The notes: a model not told the origin generated them from the sequence alone. 64,000 nucleotides of DNA from Dictyostelium discoideum (GCA_000004695.1 CM000155.2:2368001-2432000), one strand, 5' to 3'. Shown: positions 25,647 to 40,333, numbered from the stretch's first letter. Numbers and translations: made by a program.

Positions 25647-27323
25647 CTCTGATGATGATGATGAAGAAGATAATAATAATGAAAATAATGAAAATAATAA
25701 AAATAATAAAAATAATAATAATAAACCAGAATATTATAATTCAATTTTATGGTGTATTTTATTTGGTATAATTTCATTTTTACCATCAAGTAATATTTTC
25801 TTTTATGTTGGTACAGCAATTGGTGAACGTTTACTTTATATCCCTTCAATTGCATATTGTTTATTACTTTCAAGATTTTTAACATTACCTTTAATTTATT
25901 TATCAAATAAAAATAATAATAAAAATAATAATAAAAATAATAGTATTAAAAATAATAATAATGATAATAATAAATCTGAAATAATTTCAACTAAAACTGA
26001 ATCAAATACAATTGGTACAACTAAAAAAAGAACAAATAAAATTTTAACTTCTTCATCATCATCATCTTCTTCTTCTTCTTCTTCTTCTTCTTCTTCTTCT
26101 TCTTCTTCTTCTTCTTCTTCACAATCTCATTCTTCATCTTCTTCATCATCATTATCAACTAATATTAAAAATAATAATAATTTAAAAGAATCAAAAATTT
26201 ATAAAATTTATTTAATTTTATTAATTTTAATTATAATTTTATTAACAAGTTTTTATTCAATAAAAACATGGAAAAGAAATGAAGATTGGAAAAATGAAGA
26301 ATCATTATTTTTGAGTGCATTAAAAGTTTGTCCAAATAGTGCAAAAGTTCAATATAATGTTGGTATTCTTTATAGAAGAACTAAAGAATGGGATAAATCA
26401 ATAAACCATTTTAATAGAGCAAAAGAGATTTTACCAGACTATTGTGATGTTGATTATTTCTATGCATTAACATTAATTAATAAGAATGGCGATTATAATG
26501 AAGCTAAACCATATTTAAATAAATCAATGAATTGTCGTTACACACAAGTTAGATCATTGGAGGCAATTAATGAAATTATGACATTCTTATTAAATTCAGA
26601 CCCAGACAATCCAATACTCTTATCTGATTGGGCAAATTATGAAAAAGAACTACAACCTGTAAATTCAGCAATGCATTTCCATAAGGCTGCTTTAATCCAC
26701 AGCAATCAAGGCGACAAAAAATTAGCTCTTCAATTATTAAAAGAGTCTTTAGACTCATTATCACGTGTCAATGATACAATGTTGAGTAAAAAATCCATTG
26801 AAAGGGATAAAAGAATTATAAATGAACTATATTGTCAAGATTATATTTGGCTATCAGCGGTTTATTTCGATTTACAAGACAATGATCAATCGGTGAATGC
26901 TTTGAATTATATTTATAAAAATTGTAAAAATTTTAAAAAGATTTGGAATGAAGGTTTATTATCATTGGTAAATTTAAAACTTTACGCTTTAAAAAATGAT
27001 AAATCTGGTAAATTACCATCAGTTAATGAAATCCTATTAATTCGTACTCAAATGTCACAAATAAAAGATAAAGAATATAAACTTGGTTCAACACAATTCT
27101 TAGCACAATACGCTCAAAATTATGAATCTGTAGATTTCAATAAAGCTGTTCAACTCTATGAAAAACTTTTATCAATCTCTCCAGATACCTCTTCCTATTA
27201 CAATCATTTACCATTACTTCGTTTATCTTGGTATTATAAAAATATTAAAAATGATCAATCTCAATTTGAAAAATATTTTAAACAATTAAATTTAAATTTA
27301 ATATTTGATAATGATTTAAAGTA

Positions 27324-27324
<1 letters not shown>
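24178..27324 (+). CDS. TMTC-like transmembrane and TPR-repeat protein (a DUF1736-containing protein O-mannosyltransferase family).
   Basis: 1048-aa ORF with a real ATG at 24178. TMTC hallmarks: N-terminal TM followed by GEFCFDDQFAIVNNKDV, DUF1736-like FHLTNVFLHS...HPIHTEAVSGIVGRAELLCTVFLMISLL, multiple TM helices, and C-terminal TPR repeats (AKVQYNVGILYRRTKEWDKSINHFNRAKEILPDY...). It is interrupted by poly-N/poly-S inserts. Confidence 0.8.
26050..26160 (+). repeat. (TCT/TCA)n repeat encoding a poly-Ser tract in the TMTC-like protein.
   Basis: Read directly. Confidence 0.9.
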
Positions 27325-27355
<31 letters not shown>

Positions 27356-27699
27356 CCTATTTAAAAATTGTTTTTTATTAATACTTAATTTTTCTTTTTT
27401 TTTATTTAGAAAACTATTCTCTGAATTATAAAATAAATAATTTACAATATTAAAATAATAAATAAATAAATGAACCAGAGTGTTAAAGATATTTAAAGAA
27501 ATTCAGAATTTTTAAGAAATTATTTGAAAAACGTCGATTAATTCTGACTTTTTTTAATCAAAACTGTTTTTATTTTTTTTTTATTTTTTTTTTATTTTTT
27601 TTTTTTTTTTTTTTGAAAAAAATTGATTGTTTTGTGACCAAAATAACCTTTTTGTTTTTTTTTTTTTTTTTTCATTCACCAAACTATTAAAAAAAAAAG

Positions 27700-29669
27700 A
27701 TGAATTTAAAACCACCAACATCAAAAGTAGAATTAAGAATTAAATGTCATAAAATCTTGGATAAAGATACATTAAGTAAAAGTGATCCAAGAGCTTCAGT
27801 TTATGAAAAAGATCGTGCTGGTCAATTTCGTTTAATTGGAAAAACTGAAACAATTCAAAATCAATTAAATCCAGAATTTAAAACTCCAATTGTTATTGAT
27901 TATCGTTTTGAAGAGATTCAAGTTCTTAAATTTGAAATTCATGATGTTGATAAAAATGATGAAGATTTTATTGGTGATGCTGTAAGTTTTAAAAAAAATA
28001 AATATATATTTAAATCCAATTTATATTAATTTTAAATCTTTTTTTTTTTTTTTTTTTTTTATATATAGAGTTGTACATTAACATCAATTTTATCAAAACC
28101 AGGTCAAACTGTTTGTTTACAATTATTAACTAAAAGTGGTAAACATGCAGGGTCAATGACAGTTATTGCAGAAGAAATTAAAAATACTTTACAAACAATT
28201 AAATTCAATCTTATTGGTAAGAAATTTGATAAAAAAGATTTATTTGGAGCTGGTTGTGATCCATATCTTATCATTTCAAGAAAAGTACCATCAACCAATA
28301 CATTTGTTAAAATCTATGAATCACAAGTTCAAAAGGGTACTTTAAATCCAGTATTCTCTGGCATTGAAATGAAACTTGAAGAATTATGTGGTGGTGATAT
28401 GCAAAGAGAAATTAAATTTGAATTTTATGATTGGGATAGGTTAGTTTATTATTATTATTATTTTAAATTTATTTTTCATATTTTAATTAATATTAATTAA
28501 TTTTATTATTTATTAATAGAATTGGTAAACATGATTATATTGGTGAATTTCATACAAATGCTCAAGAATTGTTACAACCAAATCAAGCATTTAATGTAAT
28601 TAATTCACATAAACAAGAGAAAAAGAGTGGATATAAAAATTCTGGAACTGTATCAGTATCAGATGCAGTAATTGAGAGAGAATATAACTTTTTAGAGTAT
28701 ATTATGGGTGGTTGTCAAATGAATTTAATAGTTGGTATTGATTGTACTGCAAGTAATGGTGATTCAAATGATCCAAATTCTCTTCACTATAAGAATGCTC
28801 AAGGTTTGAATCAATATGCCAATGCAATTTGTTCAGTTGGTAATGTTATTGTACCATATACCACTACACCATTGATTCCGGTCTATGGCTTTGGTGGTAT
28901 TATGCCAGGTCAAAGCGAGGTTTCACATTGTTTCCCAATGACATTGAATGCTTCAAATACATTATGTTGTGGTGTGAATGGTGTATTGGATTGCTACTAT
29001 GATAACATTTCAAAGATTCAATTACATGGTCCAACCTATTTCGCCCCACTCATTAATATGGCCGCTCGTTACGCTTCTCAAGGCCAAAGCCAATCAAATC
29101 AAAAATATACAATCTTGATGATTATCACTGATGGTGAGATTTTAGATGCAGATAATACAATCGATGCCATCGTTAAAAGTAGTGGTTTACCATTATCCAT
29201 TATTATCGTTGGTGTTGGTAATGCTAATTTCACAAATATGAATATTTTAGATGGTGATGATGCCGCTCTTCAAAGTGGTGGTGTTAGAGCTGAAAGAGAT
29301 ATCGTTCAATTCGTTGCAATGAGAGATTATTTAAATAGACCAAATGAATTGGCTGCTGAAGTACTTAGAGAAATTCCAACTCAATTCCTTTCCTTTATGA
29401 AGAAATATAAATTTAGACCAAATCCACCACCACCACCACCACCTGTTATAATTGGTGCTCCTCCACAATATGATAATCCAACCACAACCACCACTGCTAC
29501 CTCGCCATCCACTGGCATTGACCTTAATAAAGGTTCCAACGTTGGTTTAAATCTTACAAAAACTGAAAGTAGTCCTTCACCATCTGGTGGCGCTGGTATT
29601 GACCTTAATAAAGGTTCTGTTGTTGATATTACAAAAGGTGTATCAAATGTATCATTAGAAAAGAATTAA
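27700..29669 (+). CDS. Copine (two C2 domains plus a C-terminal vWA domain), three exons, 600 aa.
   Basis: Exons: join(27700..27981,28069..28439,28520..29669), 1803 nt. The donors are GCT|GTAAGT and AG|GTTAGT, and the acceptors are atatatAG|AG and ttaatAG|A. C2A reads SKVELRIKCHKILDKDTLSKSDP; C2B reads GAGCDPYLIISRK...YDWDR-IGKHDYIGEF; the copine vWA region reads LIVGIDCTASNGDSNDPNSLHY, followed by a Pro-rich tail. The track 'M' at 28569 is TTG. A length of 600 aa would fit Dictyostelium CpnA, but I cannot confirm that. Confidence 0.85.
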
Positions 29670-30021
29670 TAAACATTTAAAAAAAATAAAATAAAATAAT
29701 TAAAATTTTACTAAACAATTTTTTTTTTTTTTCAAAAGTGGGGATTCTATTTAAATTTCTATATTAAAATATTTTACTAAAAAAAAATATATCCAAGAAT
29801 CTATTTAAATTATTTTAATTATTAATTTTCATATATATTTTTTTTTAATTATCTTTTTTTTTTTTTTTATTTTATAATTTATTTTATTTTTATTTTTATT
29901 TATTTAATTTATTTAATTTTCTGTATACAAGTTTTATTTTATTTTATTTTATTAATACTAATTATTTTTTAATACTAATTATTTTTTTTTTTTTTGTTTT
30001 TTTTTTTTTTTTGTTTTTATT

Positions 30022-30312
30022 TTATTTTGGATGAGGTGGAGAAGAAAACTTTTTTAAAATTTCAGAATCAGATAAAGGTTTTGAATTTTCATTTGTTTGT
30101 TGGTTAGCTGTATGATCTTTAATACCTAAATCGTCAAAGAGAGAACCAGTGTCATTTTTAGTATTTTCTTTTGTTTGATTTTTGGTGGATCTTTTTTCTC
30201 CACTTGGTGAATTATAAATTATTAATGCTTCTGTTCCCAAAGGTAGAATTTCATTGGAATTTGGATTTTGTGCTGTTGTTTCAAAGTCAAGGTCTAAAAG
30301 TGTATCTGACAT
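30022..30312 (-). CDS. Small acidic hypothetical protein, 96 aa.
   Basis: Real ATG at 30312. The codon usage is not AT-junk and the sequence is not low-complexity (MSDTLLDLDFETTAQNPNSNEILPLGTEAL...). There is no homology I can recognise. Confidence 0.4.
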   Translation of the reverse strand: MSDTLLDLDFETTAQNPNSNEILPLGTEALIIYNSPSGEKRSTKNQTKENTKNDTGSLFDDLGIKDHTANQQTNENSKPLSDSEILKKFSSPPHPK

Positions 30313-30412
30313 TTTTTTTTTTTTTTTTTTTTTTCTTTAAGTGTCTTAATTTCTTTTCTTTGCTAAAAAATAATTGTTTATTTATTATTACTATTATTTT
30401 ATTTTTATTATT

Positions 30413-30497
30413 TATAAATAATTTTTGTTTAAATAATTTTTGTTTAAATAATTTTTGTTTAAATAATTTTTGTTTAAATAATTTTTGTTTAAATAAT
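30413..30497. repeat. Five tandem copies of the 16-mer 'aaataatttttgttta'.
   Basis: Read directly. It lies just upstream of the start of the minus-strand small ORF 30022..30312. Confidence 0.9.
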
Positions 30498-31121
30498 AAT
30501 TTTTTTTTTTTTTTTTTTTGAAAGTGTTTTATTTTTTTTATATTTTTTTTCTAAATTTTTACAAATCAAGTAGTGTACACATACTATGAAAAAAATTATT
30601 TTTTTTTTAATTAAATTTAATTAAATTTTAATTTATTTTTTTTTTTTATTTTTTTTTTTATTTTATTTTTATTTTTATTTTTATTTTTTTGAATAATATA
30701 AAAAATAAAAAAAAATAAAAAAAATAAAAATAAAAAATAATTTTTGATTCAAATAAAAAGTTTCTAAATGATACCAGGTTTATTTGAAAATTAGTTTTTT
30801 AAAATATTTAAAGACTCCATTTTTTTTTTTATGATATTTAAGATTCCCAAGATTTCTGCAATAAAATTTTTTTTTTCCTTATCTTATTTTTTTTTTTTTT
30901 CCCCTCTCCAATATTCTTGGTGGTATTTAAAAAACCTACTTTAAAACATCAAATGAGGTTTTAATTAAAAGAAAAATAAAAAAATGTGTTTAGAAAATTA
31001 TTTTTACTATTGCATAAATTTTTAATTTTTTAAAGAATAATTGGGATTTAGTTTATTTATTTAATATTACAAAATGGTAGTTTTTTTTTTTTTTTATTTT
31101 TAAAAAAAAAAAAAAAAAATT

Positions 31122-31898
31122 TTAATAAATCAAATTAGAACGATGGTAAGCCCTTCCACCATTTGATTGAATTATAAACTCTTCAATTGTTAACATATCA
31201 TTTGAATTATCTCTTTTCTCTGAAACTTTTATAAATTCTTCAACTGTTAAAAGATCTTCATTATCTTCATCCTCCTCTTCTTCTTGTTGTTCTATGTTTT
31301 GATCAGCATAGTATTGTTGATTTACATTATTATTATTGTTATTGTTATTATTATTATTATTAAAATTATTATTTATATGATGATGATTACGTGGTGAAGA
31401 TGACATTGGTGAAGAGGAAGAAGAGGAAGAATTCTTTTTCTTTCTTTGTAAAGATAAAGATGCTAAAGATATTGGTGATTCAACATCGTCCTCATCCTCA
31501 CCTTCAATTCTAATACTATTACTACGACTATTTCTATTACTTGGTTCTCTACAACTTAATATAAATTCTTCGACTGTCATTAAATGATTTTCATTTTCAA
31601 TTGTATCATCTTCAACAATTGTTCTATTTATTCTACCACTACCACTTGCACTGCATGTAGTATTTCTTCTTCTACCACCACCAATATTACTACTACTACT
31701 ACCACCATACGATACACCAACTCCATTTTCATTCTCTGCTTCAATTTGATTTAAACCTAATATAAATTCTTCAACAGTCATTAAATCATTTTCATTACTT
31801 ATATTTACAATACTATTCTTTCTACTACCATTACCACCAATTCCATCTTGTGAGCATGCTTCTTCTTCATCTTGTATACTTTCATTTGATGGATTATA

Positions 31899-31941
<43 letters not shown>

Positions 31942-31994
31942 GATGATGAAGGTACTGAATTTGTTCTTTTTCTTGAAAGTGGATTAAATCTCAT
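31122..31994 (-). CDS. Hypothetical 290-aa protein with four copies of a [DH]-L-[ML]-T-[VI]-EEFI motif and poly-N/poly-S tracts.
   Basis: Real ATG at 31994. The four motif copies are NDLMTVEEFILGL, NHLMTVEEFILSC, EDLLTVEEFIKVS and NDMLTIEEFIIQS. Confidence 0.55.
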
Positions 31995-32254
31995 TCTTTA
32001 TTTATTTATGTACAAGGGTCGAATATTTTATTTTATAGTTTAATGTTTGGAAAGTTTTTTTTTTATTTTCTTTTTTTTATATAAAAAAAATACAATTTAA
32101 AATTTGAAAATTAATATGGTAAAAGTAATTTCGAAATATTGAAATAAAAAGGAAAAAGAATACTATATAAATATCTTTTTTTTTTTATATATATATATAT
32201 ATCGCTATTTTTTTTTTTTTTTTTTTTTAATATATATTGAATTTTTTTTTTATA

Positions 32255-32270
<16 letters not shown>

Positions 32271-32312
<42 letters not shown>
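32271..32312. repeat. Poly(T) homopolymer of about 42 nt. The same intergenic region also holds an A-run of about 50 nt (poly(A)) at ~32700..32753.
   Basis: Read directly. Confidence 0.9.
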
Positions 32313-32317
<5 letters not shown>

Positions 32318-32703
32318 GGTAATTTTATTTTAATGGGGGGGGTAAAAAAATGATTTTTGATATGTTAATTATGATAAGTGTGTAGGTGCTTATAAAAGAG
32401 TTTTTATTACCTATTTAAGTATTTTTTCCGGTGTTAAAATTTTTTTTATTTGTTTAAATATAAAAAAAAAAAAAAAAAAGAAAAAAAGGATTGTATGGAT
32501 TTAAAAATATAAAATAATTTAATGGGCGATATATAATGTACAACAAATTTAAATAAAAATAAAATATTTATATATATATAAAATAAAATAAACAAATAAC
32601 AATAATAATAATAATAATAAATAAATAAATGGTAATGTTGTGTGTGTATGTGGTTGTGTATTGTTATTTAAAAAACAAAAAAAAAAAAAAAAAAATTTAA
32701 AAA

Positions 32704-32756
<53 letters not shown>

Positions 32757-33277
32757 AATAAAAAAAAAATTAAAAAAAAAAAAAAGTTGTAGGTGTTATT
32801 AATATTAATAACTTATTTTTGGTTGATCTTGATTTTTTTTCTTGATCTCATATTTTAATAAAAACCATCCAATAAAATAAAATGATATATATCATATATT
32901 ATGGCAGCATGGTGTGTGGATATTATTAGAAGTTTGTGTGTTAGTGGTGATAAAAATAAAAAATAAAAAATTTTAAAATTAAAAAATTAAAAAATTAAAA
33001 AAAAAAATTAAATTTTTTTAAATACAAACCTACCTCTCTCTCTCTTTTTTTTTTTCTAAAGAAACTGATCTTTTTTTTTTTTTGGTTTTTTTTTTTTTTA
33101 TTGGGGTATTTTTTATTTTTTATTTTTTTTTTTTTTATTTTTTTTTTTATTTTTTTTTATTTTTTTTTTTAATCAATCATTTCCAGATTTTTTTTATTTT
33201 TTTTATAGGCAATGGGTCAATAAAAAAAAAAAAAATATCCAATCAATAAACCTCCGTAGGTTAATTTATTATTTTCT

Positions 33278-33308
<31 letters not shown>

Positions 33309-33590
33309 GTTCATATTTTTTATTTTATTTTTTTTCTTTTACTTTTTTTTTTTTTTTTATTATTTTTAAAATTAATATTAATTTTTTTTTGGGGGGTCAA
33401 TGATAATGATTGTGGTTGGGGTTGTAAGCTTAGATCTGGTCAAATGTATTACTCCATAATATACTTGGCGATGAATGGAAAAGATCCTCAAGTGCAACTC
33501 ATCCAGATGTATATAATAATGTAAAAATTTTCTAAAAAAAAAAAAATGATGTAATTAAAAATAGAAAATTTTTTCTAATTTTTTATTTTT

Positions 33591-33680
33591 AAAATTAAAT
33601 TTATATTTTGTGAAAAACATAAAATTAAATTTATATTTTGTGCAAAACATAAAATTAAATTTATATTTTGTGAAAAATAA
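33591..33680. repeat. Three tandem copies of a 30-mer, 'aaaattaaatttatattttgtg(a/c)aaaacat'.
   Basis: Read directly. It sits in the long intergenic region upstream of eIF3e. Confidence 0.9.
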
Positions 33681-33981
33681 AATAAATAAATAGAAAAAAA
33701 AAAAAAATAAAAAACCTTTTTTTTGGAAACTAAAAATATTTATTTTTATTTTTATAAAATTATAACCCAATTTTTGTTGAGTGTTTCTTTCCAAAACCAT
33801 TTAAGCAATGATTTAAAAATAAAGATAAAATAAAATAAAATATAATATATATTATAAAAGTCATAAAAAAAAACGTGAAAAAATTTTGTACTTCAATCAA
33901 AATTTTTTTTTTTTTTTCAATTTTTTCTTTTTTTATTTTTTTTTTTTTTTTCAATTTTTTTTTATTTTTCATTTTTTTTTT

Positions 33982-34016
<35 letters not shown>

Positions 34017-34070
34017 ATCGTATTGATATTCCCATACTATTTATTCAAAAATATTTAGCCAAACCATAAA

Positions 34071-35845
34071 ATGGAATACGATTTAACCAAACAAATATGT
34101 TCATTCTTAGATGCACATATGATGCTTCCATTAATTAACTATCTCAAAGTAAAGATCAATAAATAAAAATAAAAATTTAAAAAAAAAAACACATAATAAT
34201 AATAATAATAATAATCTTTATCTTTATTTTTTTTTATTTTTTATATTTAGGATACTCAACAATATCAAGAGAATGAAATTAATAAAGCAATGGCAGATAT
34301 TTTATCACAAACTGGTTGTTGTGATTATGCAATCAATGCTTATGAATCAATTGGTAGAGATACAGCACCACTCCAAGCCAAAAAACAAGAATTGGTTGGA
34401 GAACTTAATAAATTAAAGGAACAATGTTCATTTGTAACTCAATATATTGAATCAAAGAAACAACAAAAAGAACAACAAAAAGAATTAAAAGAACAACAAA
34501 AAGAACAACAAAAAGAAAAAGATACAGATAAAACTACACCAACTACTACAGATGAAACAACTACCACCACCACTACAGCACCAACCACCACCACTACTAC
34601 AACAACAACAACTATTACACCAATTACAGTTATTCCATTTTCACAATTATTAGAGAAAATTACACCAGAAATTTTAGATAGTATATATAGATTTTCAAAA
34701 TTATTATTTGAGATTGGACAATATGGATCAGCAAGAGAACATTTAGAGATTTTCCTTCAATTATCACCAACCCATCAAAATAAAGACAAGAGATTATCAG
34801 CATTATGGGGTATCCTCGAATCAGATATCCTCTCATTGAATTGGGGTCAAGCAGTTGGTGACATTTCACCATTACAAGATCAAATCGATTCCAATGGTAC
34901 ACCAGTTGAACAATTGGGTCAAAGAGCATGGTTAATTCATCGTGCACTCTTTGTCTACTTTTACAACCCAGAATCACGTTCATCATTGGTTGATTTACTC
35001 TTGGAGGATAAATATTTAAATGCCATTCAAACCACTTGTCCACACATTCTTCGTTATCTCGCCGTTGCCATCATTGTCAATAAAAAGAAACAACAATCAA
35101 ATGTTTTCCAACGTATTTTAAATGCACTCGTACGTGTCGTCGAACAAGAAGCTTACGTCTATCGTGATCCAATCACTCAATTCATCTCTAGTCTCTTTGT
35201 CAAATTCAACTTTGAAGATGCTCAAGCTCAACTCATTCTCTGTGAAAAAGTTTTGAAAAATGATTTCTTCCTCAATACCTGTGTCGATGAATTCATGGAA
35301 AATGCTCGTGTTTGTGTCTTTGAAACTTATTGTAATATTTTAGAATCAATTGATATTGAGTAAGTTTTATATTATTATTAAATATATATTTAAAATTACT
35401 ATTTATATATATATTAATATATATTTTTTTTTTTTTTTTAAAAAAAACCAATAGTATGTTATGCAAAAATTTAAGAATTGATCCAGAATCATCAGAGAAA
35501 TGGATCGTTGAAGCAATTAGAAATACTAGATTCTCTGCAAAGATTGATTCAGCAAATAATCAAATTAAAATGTTTACTCAACATAATTCCTATCGTCAAG
35601 TTATGGATAAGACAAAAGCATTATTTAATCGTGGTATCGAAATGGTCGTAGGTATCAATGAATCTAGAAGTCAACAAAATAGAAAAGGTGGTGATAACCG
35701 TAAGAATCAACGTGGTCAAAATAGAAATCAACAAAATCAACAAAACCAACAATCTAATGAATCAAATGAAACAACAACAACAACAACAACTGCAGCAGCA
35801 GCAACAACAACAACTACTACAACTGCAACTCCAACTTCCGCTTAA
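34071..35845 (+). CDS. eif3E: Eukaryotic translation initiation factor 3 subunit E (eIF3e/Int-6), three exons.
   Basis: Exons: join(34071..34148,34251..35359,35455..35845), 1578 nt = 525 aa. Exon 1 reads MEYDLTKQICSFLDAHMMLPLINYLK|GTAAAG. Exon 2 starts after tatatttAG. Exon 3 follows a GA|GTAAGT donor and an accaatAG|T acceptor. Against human eIF3e I can align AEYDLT..FLDRHL..PLLEFL, the PCI region SALWGILESDILSLNWG...QRAWLIHRALFVYF...NAIQTTCPHILRYLAVAII and the C-terminal EKWIVEAIRNTRFSAKIDS. A Thr-rich insert explains the extra length. My by-eye nucleotide count near 34250 disagrees with the ORF-track frame by 1 nt, so I set the exon-2 start to 34251 to fit the track. Confidence 0.85.
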
Positions 35846-35900
35846 ATTTTATTATTAAAATTTTAATAACACACACTCATCCATCCACCATCATCTGAAA

Positions 35901-35950
35901 TAATAAAATCACGCCGCACACTCCGCACCCACATCCGCACCCACATCCGC
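35901..35950 (+). repeat. C-rich 12-mer tandem repeat, 'ccgcacccacat' x3 (imperfect), in the eIF3e 3' flank.
   Basis: 'ccgcacactccgcacccacatccgcacccacatccgcacccatcac'. The GC content is unusual in an AT-rich context. Confidence 0.85.
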
Positions 35951-36470
35951 ACCCATCACTTTCACATTTATTCATTCATTCATTTAATATTAATATAGAT
36001 AGAGATAACGATATAGATATATAATATCAAATGATACTATTTGTTGATCGATTTTTATATAAAAAAAGAAAAAAAGTTAAAAAAAAAAAATAAAAAAATA
36101 AAAAAAAAAAAATAAAAAACTAAAAATATAATTAAAGAAACGTTTTAAAATTTTTATTATTTTATTTTATTTTATTGATTTGTTGTTGTTGTTGTTTTGT
36201 TTTAATCAGTCTGTTGGAATGAATGAATGAATGAATTTTCTTTCTTCAAACAAATTCGGAATAAAAGTTATTTTTAGATAAAAAAAGAGGACAAAATCTA
36301 AAAATAAAATTTTTAACAAAAAAAAAAAAAAAATTAAAAAAAAAGAATGGATTACATTAATTTTTTTTCAACTTTTATTAAAAATAAATAAAATTAAATT
36401 TTTGCTATTTGTTGTTTATTATTTCTGTTTACAATTATTTTTATTAATCTTTTTTTATAATTAAAAAGGT

Positions 36471-36512
<42 letters not shown>

Positions 36513-36645
36513 TGTAAGTATTTATCCAAAAACGGAAAAAGGTTAAAACTAATTTTTTTTTTTTTTATTTTTTTAAATTTTTAATTTTTTTATTTTTCAA
36601 CTTTTTTTTTATTTTTTTTTTTTGTTTTTATTATCGCTTTAACTA

Positions 36646-36678
<33 letters not shown>

Positions 36679-36734
36679 TCTAAAAATTAAAATTAAAATA
36701 TATAAAAAATTAAGAATATTCCAAGGAGGTTGAA

Positions 36735-38126
<1,392 letters not shown>

Positions 38127-38224
38127 ATAAATAAAATAATGTAAAATTAAAAAAAAAATAAAAAAAAAAATAAAATAAAATTATTATTATTATTATTATT
38201 ATAAATAGTTTATTTTTCAATTAA

Positions 38225-39517
38225 TTATTTTAAAGTTTTTAAATATTCTTTTAAACCAATTAAATTCTTTCTTTGAAGTTGTTTTGGAATTAATTGTAAA
38301 ATTGGATTTCTATTTAATTGAATATCTTGTAACCAATTCATACGAATGATTTCAGTTGGTAATTGTTCTATTTTATTATTTGAAAGATCAATTTCATATA
38401 ATGATTTCATATCTATAATTGATTTTGGTACGATTATAATTTGATTTTCATTTAATTCAATTCTACATAAATTTGTTAATTGAGATATATTTGAAGGTAT
38501 TTCTTGTAATTCATTGAAATTTGCTGATAGTGTACGTAGAGTTAACATTATTTCACAAATTGGTTCTAAAGATTCCAATTGATTACCACTGATATAAAGT
38601 TCAGATATTGATTTCATAGTTGATTGAATACCAATTCTGTTTGCTTCCTCCATCCAATTTGAAAATGATTTAATTTTATTATTATCTAAATATAGAATTG
38701 ATAATGATACTAAATTTATAAATTCAAATGGTATTGATTCCAATTGATTATTTGAACAATTTATTGATATTAAATTTACACAATTTAAACCGATTGAATT
38801 TGGTATCGATGTTAATTGATTCGATTGTAAATCTAAATATTTCAATTGTTTACAATTACCCAACTCGTTTGAAATCATTGTAATTGAATTGAATGATAAA
38901 TTTAAATTCTCTAAATAATGTAATTGTCCAATCTCTTTTGGTACATCTTTTAATCTATTATTTGATATATCTAATTCTCTTAATGTTATACAATTTAATA
39001 CAGCCCATGGAATTCTTAAAAATTGATTAAATGAAATTGTTAATGATTTTAAATTACATGGTAATCTATTTGGTGGTCCATCAATATTTAAATTACCAAT
39101 TTCATCACCATCATCGTCAATATTTAAATCATCACCAGTCATTTGATTTCTATCCAATGATAATTTCTCTAAATTTACTAATTCACTTAAATTTGGGAAT
39201 GATTTTTTTAATTTATTTGATGCTAATGATAAATATTTTAAAGTTAATAATTGATTAATTGGACAATAGGATTTATCATTTAAACCTGAACATAATGTTG
39301 AATCTGTAATTTCATTCTTTGATAATATTAACTTTTCAATCCTTTTTAATTTACTAATACAATTGATATCATTGATTTGATTCTGATATAAATTCAATAC
39401 TTCAATTGAATTTGATATTATTGAATAATCACCAATTATCTTTGGTATTGATGTTAAATTATTTTGACTTAAATCTATCTTTTTAATATTATTTAAATTA
39501 TTTAAATTATCTTCACA

Positions 39518-39548
<31 letters not shown>

Positions 39549-39610
39549 TCCTCTATAAATTCTAAATCATTATTATTTAAATTTTTAAAACTCCAATCAA
39601 TTTCAATTGA

Positions 39611-39656
<46 letters not shown>

Positions 39657-39686
39657 GCATTATTACTATTAGCATTATTATTATTA

Positions 39687-39747
<61 letters not shown>

Positions 39748-40333
39748 ACATTATTTGATTTAATAGTATATCTCTAATATCGATTATTGGAGATCTTGGT
39801 GATGATGAAGAAATTGATGAAGTTGCATCATTTGATGAAGAAGTGCATGATCTTGGTGATGTTAAATTTCTTGGTGTATTGTTTCTACTATTTGGTGCTG
39901 AATAATGTTGTTCATCATCATTGATTTTTAATGTTGGTATATCAAGATCTAATTTAAATTGATTATTACCACTAATATTCGAACTATTATTTGTTTTGGT
40001 ATTCTTTGTTGATGAATTCTTTTTATTTGATTTATTATTTGATTTACTATTTGATTTATTACTTTTATTACTATTTCCACCACTACCACTACTTCTTTGA
40101 TGTCCAACTGAATTGTTTGTATTATTATTATTTATATTATTATTATTATTATTACTATTATTATTATTATTATTATTTATTTCAAATTGATCTCCTAAAG
40201 GGGGCTGAGAATATATTAATGATTTTGATCTTGTTCTATTTATACTTGTAGGTGGTGGGGAGTATATTGATGATGATACAACTGTTGAGTTTGATCTTTT
40301 TCTAGATATTGAACTTGAATGATGATTACCCAT
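38225..40333 (-). CDS. Leucine-rich-repeat (LRR) protein with an N/S-rich N-terminal half.
   Basis: 702-aa ORF with a real ATG at 40333. The C-terminal ~400 aa hold at least 14 canonical LRRs (L..L.L..N.L..IP..I..L..L..L.LS.N.I). Confidence 0.75.
39607..39740. repeat. (ATT)n repeat, encoding poly-N on the minus strand in the LRR gene. A further run sits at 39520..39560.
   Basis: Read directly. Confidence 0.9.

Noticed and set aside
30413-30497. Tandem direct repeats (16-mer x5, 30-mer x3 at 33591..33680, 12-mer x3 at 35901..35950) checked as possible CRISPR-like arrays.
   Set aside because: They lack the unique-spacer/constant-repeat architecture, they are AT-rich or perfectly tandem with no spacers, and the genome is eukaryotic. 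They are ordinary minisatellites.
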